A stretch of DNA of 64,000 nucleotides, taken from Callorhinchus milii (lineage: Eukaryota). Under the pieces are notes generated by a model. It saw only the letters and a list, made by a program, of their open reading frames with translations. It did not search any database and had not been told where the DNA came from. The stretch covers positions 31,374,001 to 31,438,000 of the forward strand of contig NW_024704742.1 in NCBI RefSeq assembly GCF_018977255.1, written 5' to 3'. Both the position numbers and the translations under genes were made by a program. Shown here one piece after another: positions 25,156 through 37,369 of the stretch. Every line of letters starts with the position of its first letter. The first letter of the stretch is position 1.

Positions 25156-27137
25156 ACATTCGCTGAATGTTTTCTTGCAAATAAATTGCCTTCTTAGCTT
25201 AAAGCTAGACTGAATTTGTGATCAAGTTGCTTTTAAAAATGAGGAAAAATTATGTATGTAATGAGATATTTCCACAAGGATGAAATATGCAGTTATTTTT
25301 GTTTTGTATTTTAATGACCAGTTTAGAGATAAGCTTCCTAAACTGAAATGAGAATTGAACTTCAGAACCAAGTTGTGATTTTTTTAACTTAACAGTTGGA
25401 GAACACTTCTGGAATCCTAGCTGCTGGAATAGGTATTAATTTTCAGATTGTTTTACTTGTAAAACTATTTTTAGATCACTAATAATAATTATAGTCTTTG
25501 AATTTGTTATAACATTTTCCACATCATGAGGACGTATACATAGGATATACAGTACTGTAAAGTTGAGTGACTGTGTTTTGTGGGTTAAAAGAGAAAAGAG
25601 TTTCTTCCTTTGTCTGGGCCAACAATCCCTCTGATGAAATTAGTCAAACAATTTATGACTGTTTGTGGAACATTGCTGTGCACAAATTGGCTGCCGCATT
25701 TGCCTAAGAAATACAGTCACTACATTTATAATAAATCTTGTGAAGCACCTTGAGACGTCCTCCTGACGTGAAAGATGTTATATCAAATGCAATGATTATC
25801 ATTATTATTAGCATGTTGTCTGTATATCACACTACACCTTCTGCTGCCAAACATGTTATATATGGCTATCTCAGTGATGGAGAATCCACATAAACACCTC
25901 CCACATCACTGCCAACCATGACCATAAGACTCTGACAGAATATACATGATTCACAAAAAGTCAAGGTGATGAGCATCCTCCTCATTGTAACTTGGTCTTT
26001 TCCTATTGGTTCACAAAGAGTGAGCTGTAGAAAACTTCTACTGTATATCCATGATAGAGTTATGCAAGCCTCTGATTAAAGGATATGAGTGACGAGATCT
26101 CTGTCCTGTGTATCAACAGGCTCCACTTCGTTTTTCATCTGATCAAACGTGGTCAGAATCACCATTTGAAGAATAAATCCCATGTAACTTGTTAAATGTT
26201 AAGCCATAAAATAAAATAAAGTAAATATAAAAATATTCAAGTCGGGTAGTTACAATTTAATTACAATTTAATTTTTAATGTAAGATGTGTCATTTTTGTT
26301 CATTAAAAAAGATCGACTATGGTCTGAATGGTTTTGGAGAGGTCTGCTTTGTGTTAAAGCTCGCAGATTAGAACATTGATGGTGAAATTATCAGTGTTTC
26401 ATATTTGCACATCAAAGGCGTCTGATTTCACTGAGTAATATATGCAGAAGAGCAAAACCCAAATCACCTGTCCCCACCTAGATCTGTGGTACGAAAAGTG
26501 GCTGCCACATTCTCAAATAAAATATACAGTGACTTCACTCTATCGTTAAAATCCTGTGAAGCATTTGAGATGTCTTCCCCAGGTGAAAGACGATTTATCA
26601 AATGTAAGGATTATTATTATTATTATTATTGTTATTATCATCTGAATTCTGTCTTCAGCCGATATCTTTGGAAGAAAGACAATACTTGTGTGATACACTG
26701 GAGCCTTTTTAGATCAATGGCATTTCATCAAATAAATAATTCATCTCAATTAGGATCTTGGATTTTAATGGATGAAACGCTGCTAAAAATAATAGCTGTG
26801 GACATTTTAAAGGTTGCTTTTAAATAGGCTCTGTATTGAATTTTTCAGCCTTGTTCTATTCAAATAATGCAATTCCGAACATTATTCCAGGGTGTGCAGA
26901 ATGTCCCCTGGAAAGGATTATGAAAGGTTCTGTCAGCTTGAAACGGTCACACTAATTATGTGTTATCCGCAGGGGAGCTCCATTGGTTCCAGTCACATCC
27001 TCAGGCATTTGTTTGGAGGGTGTCACCATGGAAATCTGGTGGTGATGATAGAAAATAGAGACAGTCCTGAAGGTGAGTGAAATCCTTGCAGTTTACACTG
27101 TAATTGGTTGTTTGAAAAACTAATGAGACTGGAAGTG

Positions 27138-27560
27138 TCAGCCTGGCTCAGTTATTAGCACTCTCACCTTTGAATAAGATGGTTATGGGTTCAAGCCCCA
27201 CCTTGGGACTTTGAAGAAACATAGTGCTGGTACTCCAGTGCAGTGCTGGGTGGAGAGCTGCATTGCCAGTGGTGCCGTCCTTTGGGAGAGATGTTAAACC
27301 GAGATCCCTTCTGCCTATTCAGGTGAATGTTAAAGATCCTATAGTACTATTTGTAAAGAGAAGGGAATTTCTCCCAGTGTCCTGGCAGAATAATTCCCCA
27401 GATAAATTGAGCAACATTGCTGTGTGCAAATTGGCTGTCATGTTTGCCTACTATATATTATATATAGAGTATTTACACTTTACAGTAAATCCTGTGAAGC
27501 GCTTTGAGATATCCTCCCAACATGAAAGGCGCGTTATGAAATCTAAAGATTATTATTATA
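27138..27560 (+). mobile_element. DeuSINE-like SINE (family A), full length
   Basis: cctggctcagtt head, ttaaagatcctatag core, tail. Confidence 0.85.
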
Positions 27561-27793
27561 CGGTAAACTCCTGATAACTCGACCCTGGCTTAATTTATAA
27601 CTACCAGTTATGCTGTCAATATCCCGGCCGCATTTATTTATGTATTTATACATATGCCTAACTCGCCACTCTGGATAACTCGTCATGCTCTGGGACCCTA
27701 CCCTGCAATGAGGGGTGCTATATAGTTGCAAGTTGTTGTTGTTGTTGTCTCTGAACCCTTCCCCTTGGAGTGACCCTTATCAGGAGTTTGCTG
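27561..27793. mobile_element. TA-flanked MITE copy 1, with an L2-type tail inserted at ~27686-27750
   Basis: TA|cggtaaactcctgataa ... ttatcaggagtttgctg|TA. Confidence 0.85.
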
Positions 27794-28570
27794 TATATTC
27801 CTGAGGAGGATGCTATTGCTAACTCACCCCCTGGACTTCATCCAACTGTTGTGATATGCTACTGGACCATCCACTCCTTAAGCAGTCAGAATGGTATTTA
27901 ATAATTTAAAACTATCGACTGGGTTTATTTGCTGTGTTAAATGCAAAGGTTAAAACGTTAACATAAATTGCATCTATTCACTATAGGCTTTAAACAAATT
28001 AATGGACACAAAGTAACTACTGGTTGCAATAGAGGCTGAATGTGACAAACATCACTTGTCAGCTTATCTGAAAAGTTGCAATGAAGTGGGAGGGAGGTGG
28101 GGGGGGCAGTAATTTGCAATATTTTCTAACATGATTTTATATTAAGCAATTCTGATACAAAGAATTCTTATGGACCGGGTATCTCCAATCCCGAGTAGAT
28201 TTGGTCTGAGTGGGTCCTTGCAAGTCATTGTTATGTTTGCCAGATAATAATAATAATAATCCTTGTACTTGATATAAAGTCTTATCAATTCGTTGAGACG
28301 TCTCAAAGCACTTTACAGAATATACTGCAAAGTGAATTGACTGCATATTTTGTGGGTGAAAGAAACTGTAATAAGACAACAGTTACACAGAGTTAGTAGA
28401 GCGATACAGCCAGGAAATGAGCCATTCAGCCTAACTATCTGTTGCGGTGTTTGAGCTCCACATGAGCCTCCACCCCTCCTATTCCCCTCACCTGAAGCCC
28501 TCTATTCCCTTCTCCCTCATGAGGGCGGTTGTGAGACTTGGACTTTTTATTAAGCAACCCTGTGAACAAA

Positions 28571-28634
28571 ATCCCCAGTTAATTTGCTTTGTGGTCTCTC
28601 ATTCCCCACTGATTTGCTTTGTGGTCTCTCATTC
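28571..28634. repeat. 30-bp tandem duplication
   Basis: atttgctttgtggtctctcattc occurs twice, 30 bp apart. Confidence 0.9.
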
Positions 28635-29030
28635 TTTACTATTTAAGAGAATGAATTTGCACATCATACGAAAAGCACCTACGAGTGCAATGCTTGTGCT
28701 TCCCAGTCTCGCAACGTTACACTATGGTGTCAGCCGAAGGAGAACCAGACAGAAGTATTTTTACAGTAAATGTGATAGCTTTTATTTAGTGAACTATCAG
28801 ATGACAGATTCCTTTTTTTTATCCATATGCTTTCAGGACCATGTGGGTCCATCCATCAGTCTGAATGAAAAGCACACAGCAGGTTGATGCTTTGACCTGC
28901 TGAATGGTGCAGATCTGCTTCTACCTCCAAAATAAGATGATGCTTCATTGTTATTTGCACTGGAACAGTTTCTCTCCTGCACCACTTGAGAGTCCGAGTT
29001 GGGAGTAATGACGATGGTCTCACGTAACTT

Positions 29031-29385
29031 TAATGATAATCCTTGCATTTGATATAGCATCTTATCACGTTCATTGCGACATCTCAAAGAACTTCACAGA
29101 ATATATTGTAAAGTGAATTGACTGTATTTTGTGGGCAAAACGTGGCAGCCAGTTGCTTACAGCAGTGTCCCACAAATTGTTGTGGATTGAGTGAACCCCT
29201 CTCCCCCCAATTTTTTTTGACGGGATTATTACCCCCGGAAAGCGATCTGCCAATCGACTGACAACCATGTTCCTACTTACTGCTAGGTAAACAGAGGAGT
29301 TTGGAGTAAGGAAACTTGCCTCAGGTTTCGCCCTGTCCGGTGTGGGTCCTCTCATGAGCTAACCACTGTGCCACAGGACTCCAAC
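29031..29385 (-). mobile_element. family B SINE (long form)
   Basis: carries the extra ~60-bp segment ttcctacttactgctaggtaaacagagg. Confidence 0.8.
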
Positions 29386-30099
29386 TTTGGGTTACCCAGT
29401 GGTCAAGTGCCTCACTAACCTGTAAAATAACCCAAACCCAATGTGCTTTTAAATGTTGCCACACCATTCTGTAGTGTGAATACAACAATGCCTGGCTTGG
29501 GAGCAGTGGATAAAGGAAGCCACAAAATAACTCAGACTAGCGAAGTCCATTAGTCATTTATCCTGTGAGCTGACCAGTGAATTATTTTGCAGTATTGCAC
29601 CTCCCCTCTCCTCATTTAAGATCATTAATCTCTTTTCTGTGGAAATTGCTATAATAATCCGTCGATATTTCACTGTTGACAGTACGGTTCGACACCTCAG
29701 ATGCCCCAAGCTCAAAGTGGAAATAAAAAACATTAATAATAATAATTTAGAAAATGCTTACATTTGGTATAGCGCCTTTCATGTCAGGAGGATATCCCAA
29801 AGTGCTTCACAGGATTTATTGTAAAGTGGTAAAGTGGAGAGACTGTGTATATTGTAGGCAAAGGCTGCAGCAGGGTATAAAATACCAGGCTCCGTGACAT
29901 TTGGCATATATTATTATTTTGAAAGTAGAGAAGGAGGATGCTAGGAAGAAGGATTTTCGGAGAGAATTTAAAGTATTAGGGGAGCTCTGACAGCTGAAAT
30001 GTTAGCCCCCGAAAGTGGGGGAGGGGGCAGAGGACATGCAGCGGGCCCAAGATTGCAGACACAAGAGTGAAGCTTCAGGAGATTGCAAAAGCTAAGTTA

Positions 30100-30521
30100 C
30101 AGTAAACTCCTGATAACAAGACCCCGGCTTAACTCGTGACCACTTAAGCAGCCATGCTGTCAATATCGTGGCTGCTTTGCCATGCAAATTGTTAATGAGG
30201 GAAGCCTCCCAACCTATCTGTGACTGGTGCGGGCGCTCAGTGAAGCTTGGGCGCTCATGCTCAGATTCATTCCAGAGGCTCCTTGTATATTGGAGGGCTG
30301 TGGCGTGGCCTCCCCAGCACCCCCTGCCTTCCACCCTATCCTGTGACAGGATCTACAATATATCTGAGTATGCACACCCAACCTCCGCCGAGCACCCACA
30401 TCAGTCACAGCACCCTCTTGTGCCCCAGCAGGACCTATGCCTAATGAGCCATTCCGGATAAATAGATAAATTGTCGCTAAGTACTTTCCCCTTGGAGTGA
30501 CGGGTTATCAGTAGTTTACTG
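30100..30521. mobile_element. TA-flanked MITE copy 2 (422 bp)
   Basis: TA|cagtaaactcctgataac ... gttatcagtagtttactg|TA. Confidence 0.85.
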
Positions 30522-31127
30522 TATGTGTAAATAGAGCTGTGACAACCCTGTGCTTCAATTATATGTTGTGGAGGTAGTTTAAAGTTCCAACTCCCTGGGA
30601 ACTGGACACTAACTAATACGAGGATGTGAATAAATGGTATAGGTGGCCTGTCCACCAGTCACACAGACCTTCTCTCAGTATCAGCTCCTCGCTGGACTAA
30701 CATTTGTAAAGTATACCGATGTTAACAGTGCCAATGAGCCACAGAGGAAGAAATCGGACCAGCAACCATGACAAGATTGTACAATTTACTTTTATTGGTG
30801 TGTCAACCAAGGACTATGTGGGGTTGGAGTGGAGTAAGTGCCTGTCCACATGTCTGAATAAAGTGTGCCAGCAAGACCTTAATAGCTAAAATATATCCTT
30901 CGCTCTGCCATCCCAGTTGAGTGTTATAAATGATGATATACAAGCAGCTGAGTCCTTTCGTGTGAATCTTTTCACAAAGCTGTTTCCTTTTTCTATACTT
31001 CTGTCCACAGGGAAACCGCAACAATAAAAACAACAATTTGTACTTACATAGTGCCTTTCACATAGTACCTCAAAGTGCTTTTTAGAGATGGAATGGAAGT
31101 CTGAGTTGGGATGGAAATAATAGTATA

Positions 31128-31305
31128 CAGTAGACTTGTGTTAACTTAACCCTGACATAACTTGTCACTCTCACTTAAGTCATCATGCTATAAAATATCC
31201 CAGCTGCATTTATTTATGTATTTATACATATGCCTAACTCGCCACTCCGCACAACTTGTCACTGAGTCCTTTTCCCTGGAGTGACGAATTATCAGGAGTT
31301 TACTG
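31128..31305. mobile_element. TA-flanked MITE copy 3 (178 bp)
   Basis: TA|cagtagact ... ttatcaggagtttactg|TA; interior nearly identical to copy 1. Confidence 0.85.
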
Positions 31306-31635
31306 TATGTAGTAATCCTTGCATTTGATATATCACTTTACCACATTTCCAGATAAAATTGGCCATTCACTTTATGTTTTTGGCACATTGTTCTCGTATA
31401 CTCCCACAAATAAACAGTCACTACACTTTGCCGTATATTTTGAAACACTTTGAGACATTTTCTGGATGTAAAATACCAAATATAAGGATTATTAACAGTC
31501 AGGTTCTAGCAAGCAGAGGAGTAAAATGGACTCTTGACATGGTAATTTGGATTTACTGCCTATTTCCTCTTCTGCTGATAAGCACTTCTTCACTCTGCAT
31601 TCTTCCCTCACTCCCATTACATTGTTGATAAGGTC

Positions 31636-31885
31636 GTCATAGAATCTTGTAGCACAGAAGAAGGCCATTCGGCCCATCGTGGCTGTGCCGACTTGAAAGA
31701 GCTACCCAATCAGACCTACTCCTCTGCTCTTTCCCATCGCCTTGCAATTTCTTTCTTTTTAAGTATATATCCAATTCCCTTTTGAAAGTTCTTATTGAAT
31801 CTGCTTGCACCACCCTTTCAGGCAGTGCATTCCAGACCATAACAACTCACTGAGTTAAAAAATTTCTCCTGGTCTCCCTTCTTTT
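31636..31885 (-). mobile_element. CR1 LINE 3' end
   Basis: WNALPERVVQADSIRTFKRELDIYL and gatgggccgaatggcct terminus. Confidence 0.9.
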
Positions 31886-32517
31886 GCCGTCATAGGAACA
31901 AACCCTGCGGTGGTAGTGAGCACAGGCCTACACACTACATGACTAGACTGTGTAACACAATATACAAAGTCTACGCTGTGTCTGACCTGATGCACAACAG
32001 TGCAATGTTGCTGTGTTTTGTTTTAAACTTTGTCTGGATTCAATTGCCTTTTCACTTTGGAAGTCACCTGCGAAGTACAATGTCACAGTATATCCGTTGA
32101 TCTTACGGGGTAGATCGATGGCTCAAGTGTTGAGACAAAACGATCCTCTCTATTCTCATCATTACTGATGGCACGCCAACACCCCAAAAGAAAAGTTCAG
32201 AATAATCATTAGCTACCGCATTATGCATTTTGTAGGGAAAACTACAGGGAGACAGGCAATAAATAACCCAAAGGTGAATAGTATTTTTATATCCAGCCTT
32301 GAATATTGAATGCTGGATTATAACCCTCACATTACTGAGACTAGAAAATTTATTTTACTCAGAGAGTACGCTGAACCCATACATTTGAAAGGAAATTGGG
32401 CATTAATAATAATAACAATCCTTGCATTTGATATCAAGCCATTAACGTCAGGAGGACATCTCAAAGCACTTCACGGGATTTACTGGAAACTGTAGACTGT
32501 GCATTTTGTAGGAAACA

Positions 32518-32840
32518 TACAACAACAACAATAATTTGCACCTTTATACAGTAGGTCCTTTCAGGACCTCAGGAAAGATTTGAAATCAGACAGAGAAGGG
32601 GCAAGGGGCTGGGATTTCAAAATAGACTTCCAGAGAGTGGGGGAAAAGTGTCTGATTCACTCACTGATAGCGGCCCAGAATGGGTAGTGGGGGCATGGAG
32701 CAGATCTGAGTTAGCATAGCAACGGGAGAGATCATAGGAATAGGCTCAGAGATAGGGTGGAGCAAGGCAATGGAGGCATTTGATGGTGAGGATGAGATGT
32801 TAAAGTTGGTCCGCTGGAGGACAGGGAGCTATTGAAGTGG
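32518..32840 (-). mobile_element. old L2 LINE 3' fragment
   Basis: (CAA)n tail; gagatagggtggagcaaggcaatggagg resembles other L2 copies. Confidence 0.55.
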
Positions 32841-32874
32841 GAAATTACATGAGGTCAAATAATATTTTTAAAAT

Positions 32875-33146
32875 TTTGGTCAGCCAGGAGTCTGACACAT
32901 ATGGAAACCATTCACCATGCTTAAGTGTATCCCACCTACACATGGAAATTCCAGAGATAGGTTGTTGGAATGGGATGCACATTCTCTCCCTGGAGGGACT
33001 CATCCTGCTTACCTAATTCTGGAAAGTAATAGACCCGGTGTCAAGAGTCGAGGCTTGGGGACCCCAGAGGGTACTGCTGGAATCTAAAGAACTAAAACCA
33101 CATAGCTTGCCATTGATATCGCTGCTTGTCCAGCTAGGACCACCCT
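32875..33146 (-). mobile_element. family X copy
   Basis: close match to 51309-51530. Confidence 0.8.
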
Positions 33147-33706
33147 AAATAATATTAAAGAATGTATGAAAGTGCATGGGAATGAGATTTGTGAAGATAG
33201 CTCCAATGAGGGAGCTGCAGCTGCACATAGACAATAAGCCAAATGGCCTCCTTCTGTGCTGGAAACATTGTCTGGTTCTACATTGTGTGACCTGACACCA
33301 ACAAGACATGATTGCCACCTATATATCTGCATCAGCGGGTTGCAGAAATTCAGGACTGACGCTTCCTCTGCCTTTCACACACAACGCCTTGAGATGACAC
33401 CATTTAACATTTGGCAAACGCTTATTTGAATAATTACTTGCATGTTAAACATGTTGGAAAGCAAGAGTGAAGCTGCTGTGTAAGATTAATTAGTGAACTA
33501 ATCCAGGCACATCTGATAAAGCACATGGAGGTGACCAACACAAGGACTGATGGTCGCCGAGCTGACAGCTGTACTATTAAGAATATAAAGCTTCCGTACA
33601 TGGCATTTTACCTAATAAAGGCACAAGGATTCAGGAACAATGAGAAGAGCTAAATTGCTATAAAATAACAGTGTTAATCACACCGCTTTAGAAAGATCTT
33701 TAATGT

Positions 33707-34028
33707 GGAGTTTGTGGAGTCCTGTAGCTCAGTGGTTAGAGTACTCGCCTTGCAAGCGAGACACCTGGGTTCAATTCCAGGCAGGGCGAAACCTTGGGCA
33801 AGTTTCCTTACTCCACACGCCTGATAATAATCCCTCCAAAAAACAAAACAATAATAATTGGTCATTTTCAATCCACGACTGTTTGTGGGACACTGCTGTG
33901 CGCAATTGGCTGCCACGTTTCGCCCACAAATTTACAGTCATTCCCTTTACAACGTATTCTCTGAAGCACGTTGAGACGTCTAGAAGACGTGAAAAGCGCT
34001 ATATCAAATGCAAGGATTATTATTATTA
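33707..34028 (+). mobile_element. family B SINE (short form), full length, inserted in a minus-strand DeuSINE (continues to ~34283)
   Basis: tRNA-like head 33718-33789 with TGC at 33751-33753; ATGT duplicated at both flanks. Confidence 0.9.
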
Positions 34029-34844
34029 TGTCCACCTGAGCAGGCAGATGAGATCTTGGTTTAATGTATCATCTGAAGGACGGCACCTCCGACAATGCCT
34101 CATCCCCCCGGGTGATGCATGTAGATGCAGAGTTGCCATCATTTACACTAAGAGAGGTAAATGAATAGAAAGATTGGAGGCACAGGAGTGTCACACTGGA
34201 CTATGATCTTAAGGACTCGAGGTTGGATTTAAGCTCAGAAGCTTTCTAAGGCGAGAGTGCTGCTAACTGAGCCAAGGTGACACTCTAATACTTAATCAAA
34301 TCATCCCTTAACCTTCCCTGCTGCAAGGAGTACAACTCTAGTCAACCCAAACTCCCATTATAGCTGAGCTCCATCAGCCCAAGTATTAACTTAGTGAGCC
34401 TTCACTGTACCAAGGTAAAATTACAAAAAAATACTCCTTCATGGCTGTTTATGGGAGAATACTATATACAAAAATTGATTGCTTTGTTTGTCTACAAATA
34501 CACAGTCACTATGCTTCACAGTAAAATCCTGTGAAGCATTTTGAGGCGTCTTGATGAGATAAGAAGGCGCTATATAAAATGAAAGGACTGTTATAAGGCT
34601 AGTATATGCTTCCGAAAATTGGGTGTCCAGAACTGAACCGAGTACTCTAAATAAGATTGAACAAGGCTCTAAACAACCAGACAAACGTTAGCTTACTTTT
34701 ATATTCCAGACTTTTTGTAATAATTCTTAGTATCCCACTTGCCTTATCAACAACTTTCTGAAATTGTAAACTACAACAACAACAACTTGCATTTATATAA
34801 CGGTCTCCATGCAAGGCGGCGTCTCAAAACACTTAACAACAAGA

Positions 34845-35630
34845 ACAACAACAAAATTACATTTATATAGCGCCTTCCACATCGGGAGGATGTCCCAAGG
34901 CGCTGGACAGACAGAGTTCCGGACCCGAGCTGGGGATCGGGGTCAGGGAAGGTGGAGGGTAGCAAGGAGATCGAAGGCACGGTCGAAGAGGAGGGTCTTG
35001 AGATGGGTCTTGAAGGCGGCAAGGGAGGGGTCGAGGCAGAGGGACTGTGGGATGGAGTTCCAGAGGGTGGGGGCAGAGTGGTAGAAGGCCCATCCGCCAA
35101 TAATGGGGCGAGCGAGGCAGGGGACGTGAAGCAGGCTGGAGCCTGCTGAGTGGAGGGAGCGAGCAGGATGATAGGAGGTTAGGAGGTCACAGAGGTAGGG
35201 GGGAGCAAGACTATGCAGGGCTTTGAAGGTGAGGACCAGGATCTTGAACTGTATCCTCTCTGTGATGGGAAGCCAGTGGAGTTGGCCGAGAATGGGGCTG
35301 ATAGGGTCGCAGAGCCTAGTACAGGAGAGGACACAGGCTGCAGAGTTCTGGATGATCTGCAGCCTGTGGAGGGAGGAGTTGGGGAGGCCGACTAACAATG
35401 AGTTTGCATAGTCGAGCCTCGATGTAATGAAGGTGTGCGTGAGGATTTTGGCGGCCTGTGATGTGAGACAGTGGCAGAGCCGAGTGATATTGCAGAGGTG
35501 GGGGAAGGCAGAGCAGGTCATGGCGAAGATGTGGGGTCGAAAGGATAGTTGAGGGTCAAACAAGACGCCAAGGTTCCAGACTGGCTTAGCAAGGTGGAGT
35601 GTGCAACCATGGATGGTGATCTGTCAGTGC
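34845..35630 (-). mobile_element. L2 LINE, 5'-truncated, with open C-terminal ORF2 remnant (34943-35563)
   Basis: FITSRLDYANSLLVGLP...LHWLPITERIQFKILVL...LAPPYL...FKTHLKTLLF; (CAA)n tail. Confidence 0.92.
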
Positions 35631-35635
35631 CTGAG

Positions 35636-35850
35636 GTGGATGCCCAATGCTGAATCAGGGGGAGGGGGAGGTGACCATAGGCACAGTTGAAGAGGAAGTT
35701 CTTCAGGTGTAACCTGAAAATGGGGAAAGAGAGGGCAAGGCGAAGGTATTGAAGGAGGGAGTTCCATAGCTTCGGGGGGAAGTGGCTGAAGGCAAGGCTG
35801 CCAGCGGTGGAGCGGAGGATTCGAGGTACAAGGAGAAGACCGGAGCCAGA
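35636..35850 (-). mobile_element. L2 3' fragment, second subfamily
   Basis: similar to 39215-39430. Confidence 0.7.
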
Positions 35851-36039
35851 TTTTATTGATCTATGGATTTGAACCCCCTTAGACCTCTCTGCTCATCTAC
35901 TCCTCCTCCTAGTAGATGTTGACAACTCTCCGATCTAAATGCACTATCTCAAACCTGACAGGATCATTTTCTGCAAGGTATCAAATAATCTTTTCAGGCA
36001 TATCTGCACAGAGGTGATATCAACAGCTGGAGTGAGTTA

Positions 36040-36190
36040 CCAGCAAAGGTGGTTGAGGCCAAGAACCTGGACTCCTTTACTAAATGACTTGTTACTGTGA
36101 TGGGAGGACTGCAGGTCGGGTCGGGTCTACTGGAAGGATGAGATCAAATGAGTTGAATGGTCTACTTTATCCAAACCTCTCTTGTGACCT
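36040..36190 (+). mobile_element. CR1-like 3' end
   Basis: ggatgagatcaaatg...cttgtga, as at 25100-25153. Confidence 0.6.
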
Positions 36191-37369
36191 TGCAAGGTGT
36201 GTCATTTTGGAAGCAAATAATGATACAGTGATGGCTGAGTATGAGTGCAGTGTCAAAGTAACATGCAAAGAGGAAATTGATAACTTGTTGACTCTATGAT
36301 TATAATTATGGCTATGTGGTAGTTCCAAGTGAACAATACAAGGGGCTGTACACACACTAATTGCAAGCCAGCTCCGATAGAAGGAAGAAGCCATGAGGAA
36401 AATATTAAAAATAGGGAATTCCTGGGAACCATGCCAGGCACTGGTTGGGAATTCAGTAACTGGTGGCTGTAGGATGTTCACTATCAAATGATTGTCCACC
36501 ACACTAAAACAATCCCAAATATGCAGTGGCATTATGTAGCTATTTACAAACAAGCTCTGTTGGTTAGAGAAATAACTGGCATCTTGATTTCTGGTCCAAA
36601 AATAATAATAATCCTTACATTTGTTATAGGGCCTTTTATATTGGGAGGACATCTCAAATTGCTTCACAGGAATTTACTGAAAAGTGTCAAATTTATTTTG
36701 TCAGCAAACACGGCAGCAAAGTTGCACAACAACCATGTACTACCAACAGCCATGAAGTGAATGACTCATTTTATTTGGTGGATTGCTGGCTATGATTTGC
36801 ACATCAAGGCACAGGAGACACAGATTTACAATCAACTATAAAAAATACCTCTAAAATCAACTCTGACACTATTTCTGGTGATTTCAGTTTCAAGACAGCA
36901 TAATCTAGTGGTGAGTTCTAAAGTAAGTTTTACTGGCAATTTTATCCAGCCAGAGCACTGAGTTCAATCTCCTCATAATCTAATATTTCCTAATTGATAG
37001 AGTAGTTAAATAACTTGGCTGCTCCGTCACCTGTTTTCTTGTAACCTTCTTCAGAGCCATTTACCTCCAGTTTGTCTGCGACCTGATGTGATTTCAAAGC
37101 AATTGCATTGTTTGTGCTTAACATTTGTCAGGATCCAATGAGATCAGATCAGGGACATCCCAGGGTAATTATATTGTGCCGCATTACATGATGAATAGCC
37201 TACTAATATGTCAAACATTTAAATACAGATAGATACAGTATCAGAAGAGGTATATACAACTGAATAAATGCACAATCACTACACTTTACAGTAACTTCTT
37301 TGATGTGCTTTGAGATGTTGATAACATCTGCCTGGCTGCCTCCTCCTCCTTCTCTCCACCCCCACCCCC

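Noticed and set aside
28571..28634. CRISPR-like repeat-spacer pattern
   Set aside because: Only two tandem units, eukaryotic context, no cas genes.
33718..33789. tRNA-Ala(TGC) gene
   Set aside because: Continues directly into a SINE body; the multiple diverged copies are SINE heads.
33703..34164. Family of similar ORFs ending in KCKDYYY
   Set aside because: Translations of the SINE consensus, not a gene family.
34943..35563. Host protein-coding gene
   Set aside because: It is the C-terminal remnant of L2 ORF2 in a 5'-truncated copy.
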